A stretch of 64,000 nt of DNA from Blastocatellia bacterium. Lineage in GTDB: Bacteria > Acidobacteriota > Blastocatellia > UBA7656. The notes under the pieces are model-generated. The model searched no databases, was not told where the DNA came from, and saw only the letters and a list, made by a program, of their open reading frames with translations. Below, piece after piece: positions 62,394 to 64,000 of this stretch (its first letter is position 1; every line of letters starts with the position of its first letter). The stretch lies in contig DATFGQ010000034.1 in the NCBI GenBank assembly GCA_035249305.1, positions 9,168-73,167 of the forward strand, written 5' to 3'. The position numbers and the translations under genes were made by a program.

Positions 62394-64000
62394 ATGTCGT
62401 TGAACAAGAAGATCACTTTCCGAAAAATGATTTGCCATTCGCTTACTGCATTGATTCTGCTCTTTTCATTCGCCCCGGTCAGCCTGGCCGCCGAGACGGC
62501 GGGCATCTCCGGAATAGTGCGCGACGAGTCGGGCGCGGTCGTGGCCGACGCGACGGTCTCGCTCCTCAACGCGCAGCGCTCCATCATAGCGGCTACTAAG
62601 ACCGACGCGCAGGGGCGCTTCTCTTTCTCGGGCGTTCCGGTGGGCAGCTATGAGCTGTTCGTGACTTCGAAAGGGTTCACAGAGCAGCGCAGGGCCGTCG
62701 CCGCGCGCGAGGCGTCCGAGAATGTCGAGGTGACGCTTCAGCCAGGGCCTATCACCGAGACCGTCACAGTCACGGCAGTGCCAGGGACCGTCGAAAGCAT
62801 CGAGTCGGTCTCTCAACAGGTCAACCTCATAAACGAGCGCGAGATCGAAGAGCGCGCCAAATCCGTCATCGCCCAGGTCGCAACCGAAGAGACGGGCATT
62901 CACCTACAGCGCACTAGCCCGACGGTCTCGGGCGTCTTCGTGCGCGGGCTCACCGGCAACAAAGTCAACGTCTTCATAGACGGCATCAGGTATTCGACCT
63001 CCACGCAAAGGGGCGGCGTCAGCTCGTTTTTCAACCTGATAGAGCCGACCAGCATCCAGGCGCTCGAAGTGTTGCGCGGCCCGAACAGCGCGCAATACGG
63101 GAGCGACTCGATAGGCGGCAGCCTCCAGTTCTTGACGCGCCTGCCGCGCTACACGCCGCAGGGAGATAACGCGCACGGGCGGCTGGGCGTCTTCGTAAAC
63201 AGCGCCGACGCGGGATTCGGCTCAAACCTGTCGACCTCTTTCGCCACGCGGAACTTCGGCCTTCTGGTCAACGTGGCGGGCCACCGGGCGAACACTCTCA
63301 GGACGGGCCACGAGAGGGATTCGCATAACGCCGTGACGCGCTTCTTCAACCTGAGCTCGGACCTGGTTATAGACGGCCGCACGCCCGACACAGCATTCAC
63401 GCAGTACGGCGGGATGATCAAGATGAACTACTCGCCGACGTTCGGCTCGCAGGTGACCGGCACTTACATACGCAGCCATATAGACGGCGGCAAGCGCTGG
63501 GACCAGCTTCTGGGCGGCGACGGCAACCTGATCGCCGATCTCAGAAACTTCATGCTCGATTTCTTTTACCTGAAGTATGACAACGTTCGCGTGGGCTGGC
63601 TCGACAGCCTCACGCTCACTTATTCGTTCAACTCGCAGCGCGAAGAGCGCGTCAACCAGGGCGGCAATGGCAACCCGCGCGCCTCGATCAATCATGAGTA
63701 TGAGCGCACAAAAGTACACGGGATTCAGGCGCAGGCTTCGAAGCTCGTAGGGACGCGCAACAGCTTTTTATTCGGGGCCGATTATTACCACGACCGGCTC
63801 CACTCGCCGTCGTTCGGCGTCAACCCGGTGACGAACGTCTCGACGATACGCCGCGGGCGCGTGCCGGGTAACGCCCGCTACGACAAGGGCGGGGCCTTCA
63901 TCCAGGATGTGTTCGACGTGATACCGGAGAGGCTGCGTCTAATCGGCAACGTTCGTTACAACGTCGCCTCCTACAAGGCGAGGACTGAAGACTCGCCGCT
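62394..64000 (+). CDS. TonB-dependent receptor with an N-terminal CarboxypepD_reg-like domain (5' partial, continues beyond the window)
   Basis: It is not in the ORF track because there is no stop before the window end. AGGAG precedes the ATG at 62394. My translation gives MSLNKKITFRKMICHSLTALILLFSFAPVSLAAETAGISGIVRDESGAVVADATVSLLNAQ.... Plug motifs follow (VFVRGLTGNKVNVFIDGIRY, IQALEVLRGPNSAQYGSDSIGG). Confidence 0.8.
   Translation, partial: MSLNKKITFRKMICHSLTALILLFSFAPVSLAAETAGISGIVRDESGAVVADATVSLLNAQRSIIAATKTDAQGRFSFSGVPVGSYELFVTSKGFTEQRRAVAAREASENVEVTLQPGPITETVTVTAVPGTVESIESVSQQVNLINEREIEERAKSVIAQVATEETGIHLQRTSPTVSGVFVRGLTGNKVNVFIDGIRYSTSTQRGGVSSFFNLIEPTSIQALEVLRGPNSAQYGSDSIGGSLQFLTRLPRYTPQGDNAHGRLGVFVNSADAGFGSNLSTSFATRNFGLLVNVAGHRANTLRTGHERDSHNAVTRFFNLSSDLVIDGRTPDTAFTQYGGMIKMNYSPTFGSQVTGTYIRSHIDGGKRWDQLLGGDGNLIADLRNFMLDFFYLKYDNVRVGWLDSLTLTYSFNSQREERVNQGGNGNPRASINHEYERTKVHGIQAQASKLVGTRNSFLFGADYYHDRLHSPSFGVNPVTNVSTIRRGRVPGNARYDKGGAFIQDVFDVIPERLRLIGNVRYNVASYKARTEDSP

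Overview
High-GC bacterial chromosomal window, roughly 60-65% GC by eye and not computed. Gene content suggests an Acidobacteriota-like soil bacterium: a PEP-CTERM-type EPS locus, a CarboxypepD_reg-type TonB-dependent receptor, a Tat-signal Gfo/Idh/MocA enzyme and BNR/HYR giant proteins. This taxonomic call is inference only.

Layout:
- 0.2-11 kb: housekeeping and metabolic genes, including an isolated atpI-atpB-atpE fragment of the F-ATPase operon and a class I fumarase.
- 11-22.6 kb: an exopolysaccharide locus of the PEP-CTERM/exosortase-associated type (GT2, deacetylase, methyltransferase, Wza-like exporter, priming sugar transferase, CpsD-like ATPase, ExeA-like ATPase, Wzz/GumC-like protein). 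No exosortase is in the window.
- 22.6-25.8 kb: an AT-richer regulatory stretch. It holds a LuxR (EpsA-like) regulator, an orphan PqqD-like protein, a perfect sigma54 promoter driving small ORFs, and a promoter-to-terminator defined candidate sRNA with three CCCCC motifs.
- 25.8-37.3 kb (window centre): an unusual complex-I operon, nuoCDHIJKLMN. It lacks nuoA/B/E/F/G, almost every subunit carries extensions or insertions, repeat hairpins sit inside the operon, and an AtpZ-like gene forms the tail.
- 37.6-52.3 kb: secreted, envelope and carbohydrate-related proteins (ankyrin, prenyltransferase-like CXXCH protein, ATP-grasp, S74 tail-fibre-like protein, signal-less GH18-like protein, BNR sialidase-like protein, amidohydrolase, Gfo/Idh/MocA, 1414-aa BNR/HYR protein).
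- Two AT-rich islets: 52.4-53.8 kb (PepSY-like plus PIN pair) and 56.7-57.8 kb (XRE switch plus TPR remnant).
- 53.9-64 kb: thiolase, SnoaL and acyl-CoA dehydrogenase genes, an S9 peptidase, and an ECF sigma / anti-sigma / TonB-dependent receptor set.

At least four families of structured intergenic repeats occupy most of the larger intergenic gaps. I recognised no rRNA, tRNA, CRISPR array, transposase or integrase. All functional calls rest on motif recognition in the supplied translations, and no database search was possible.
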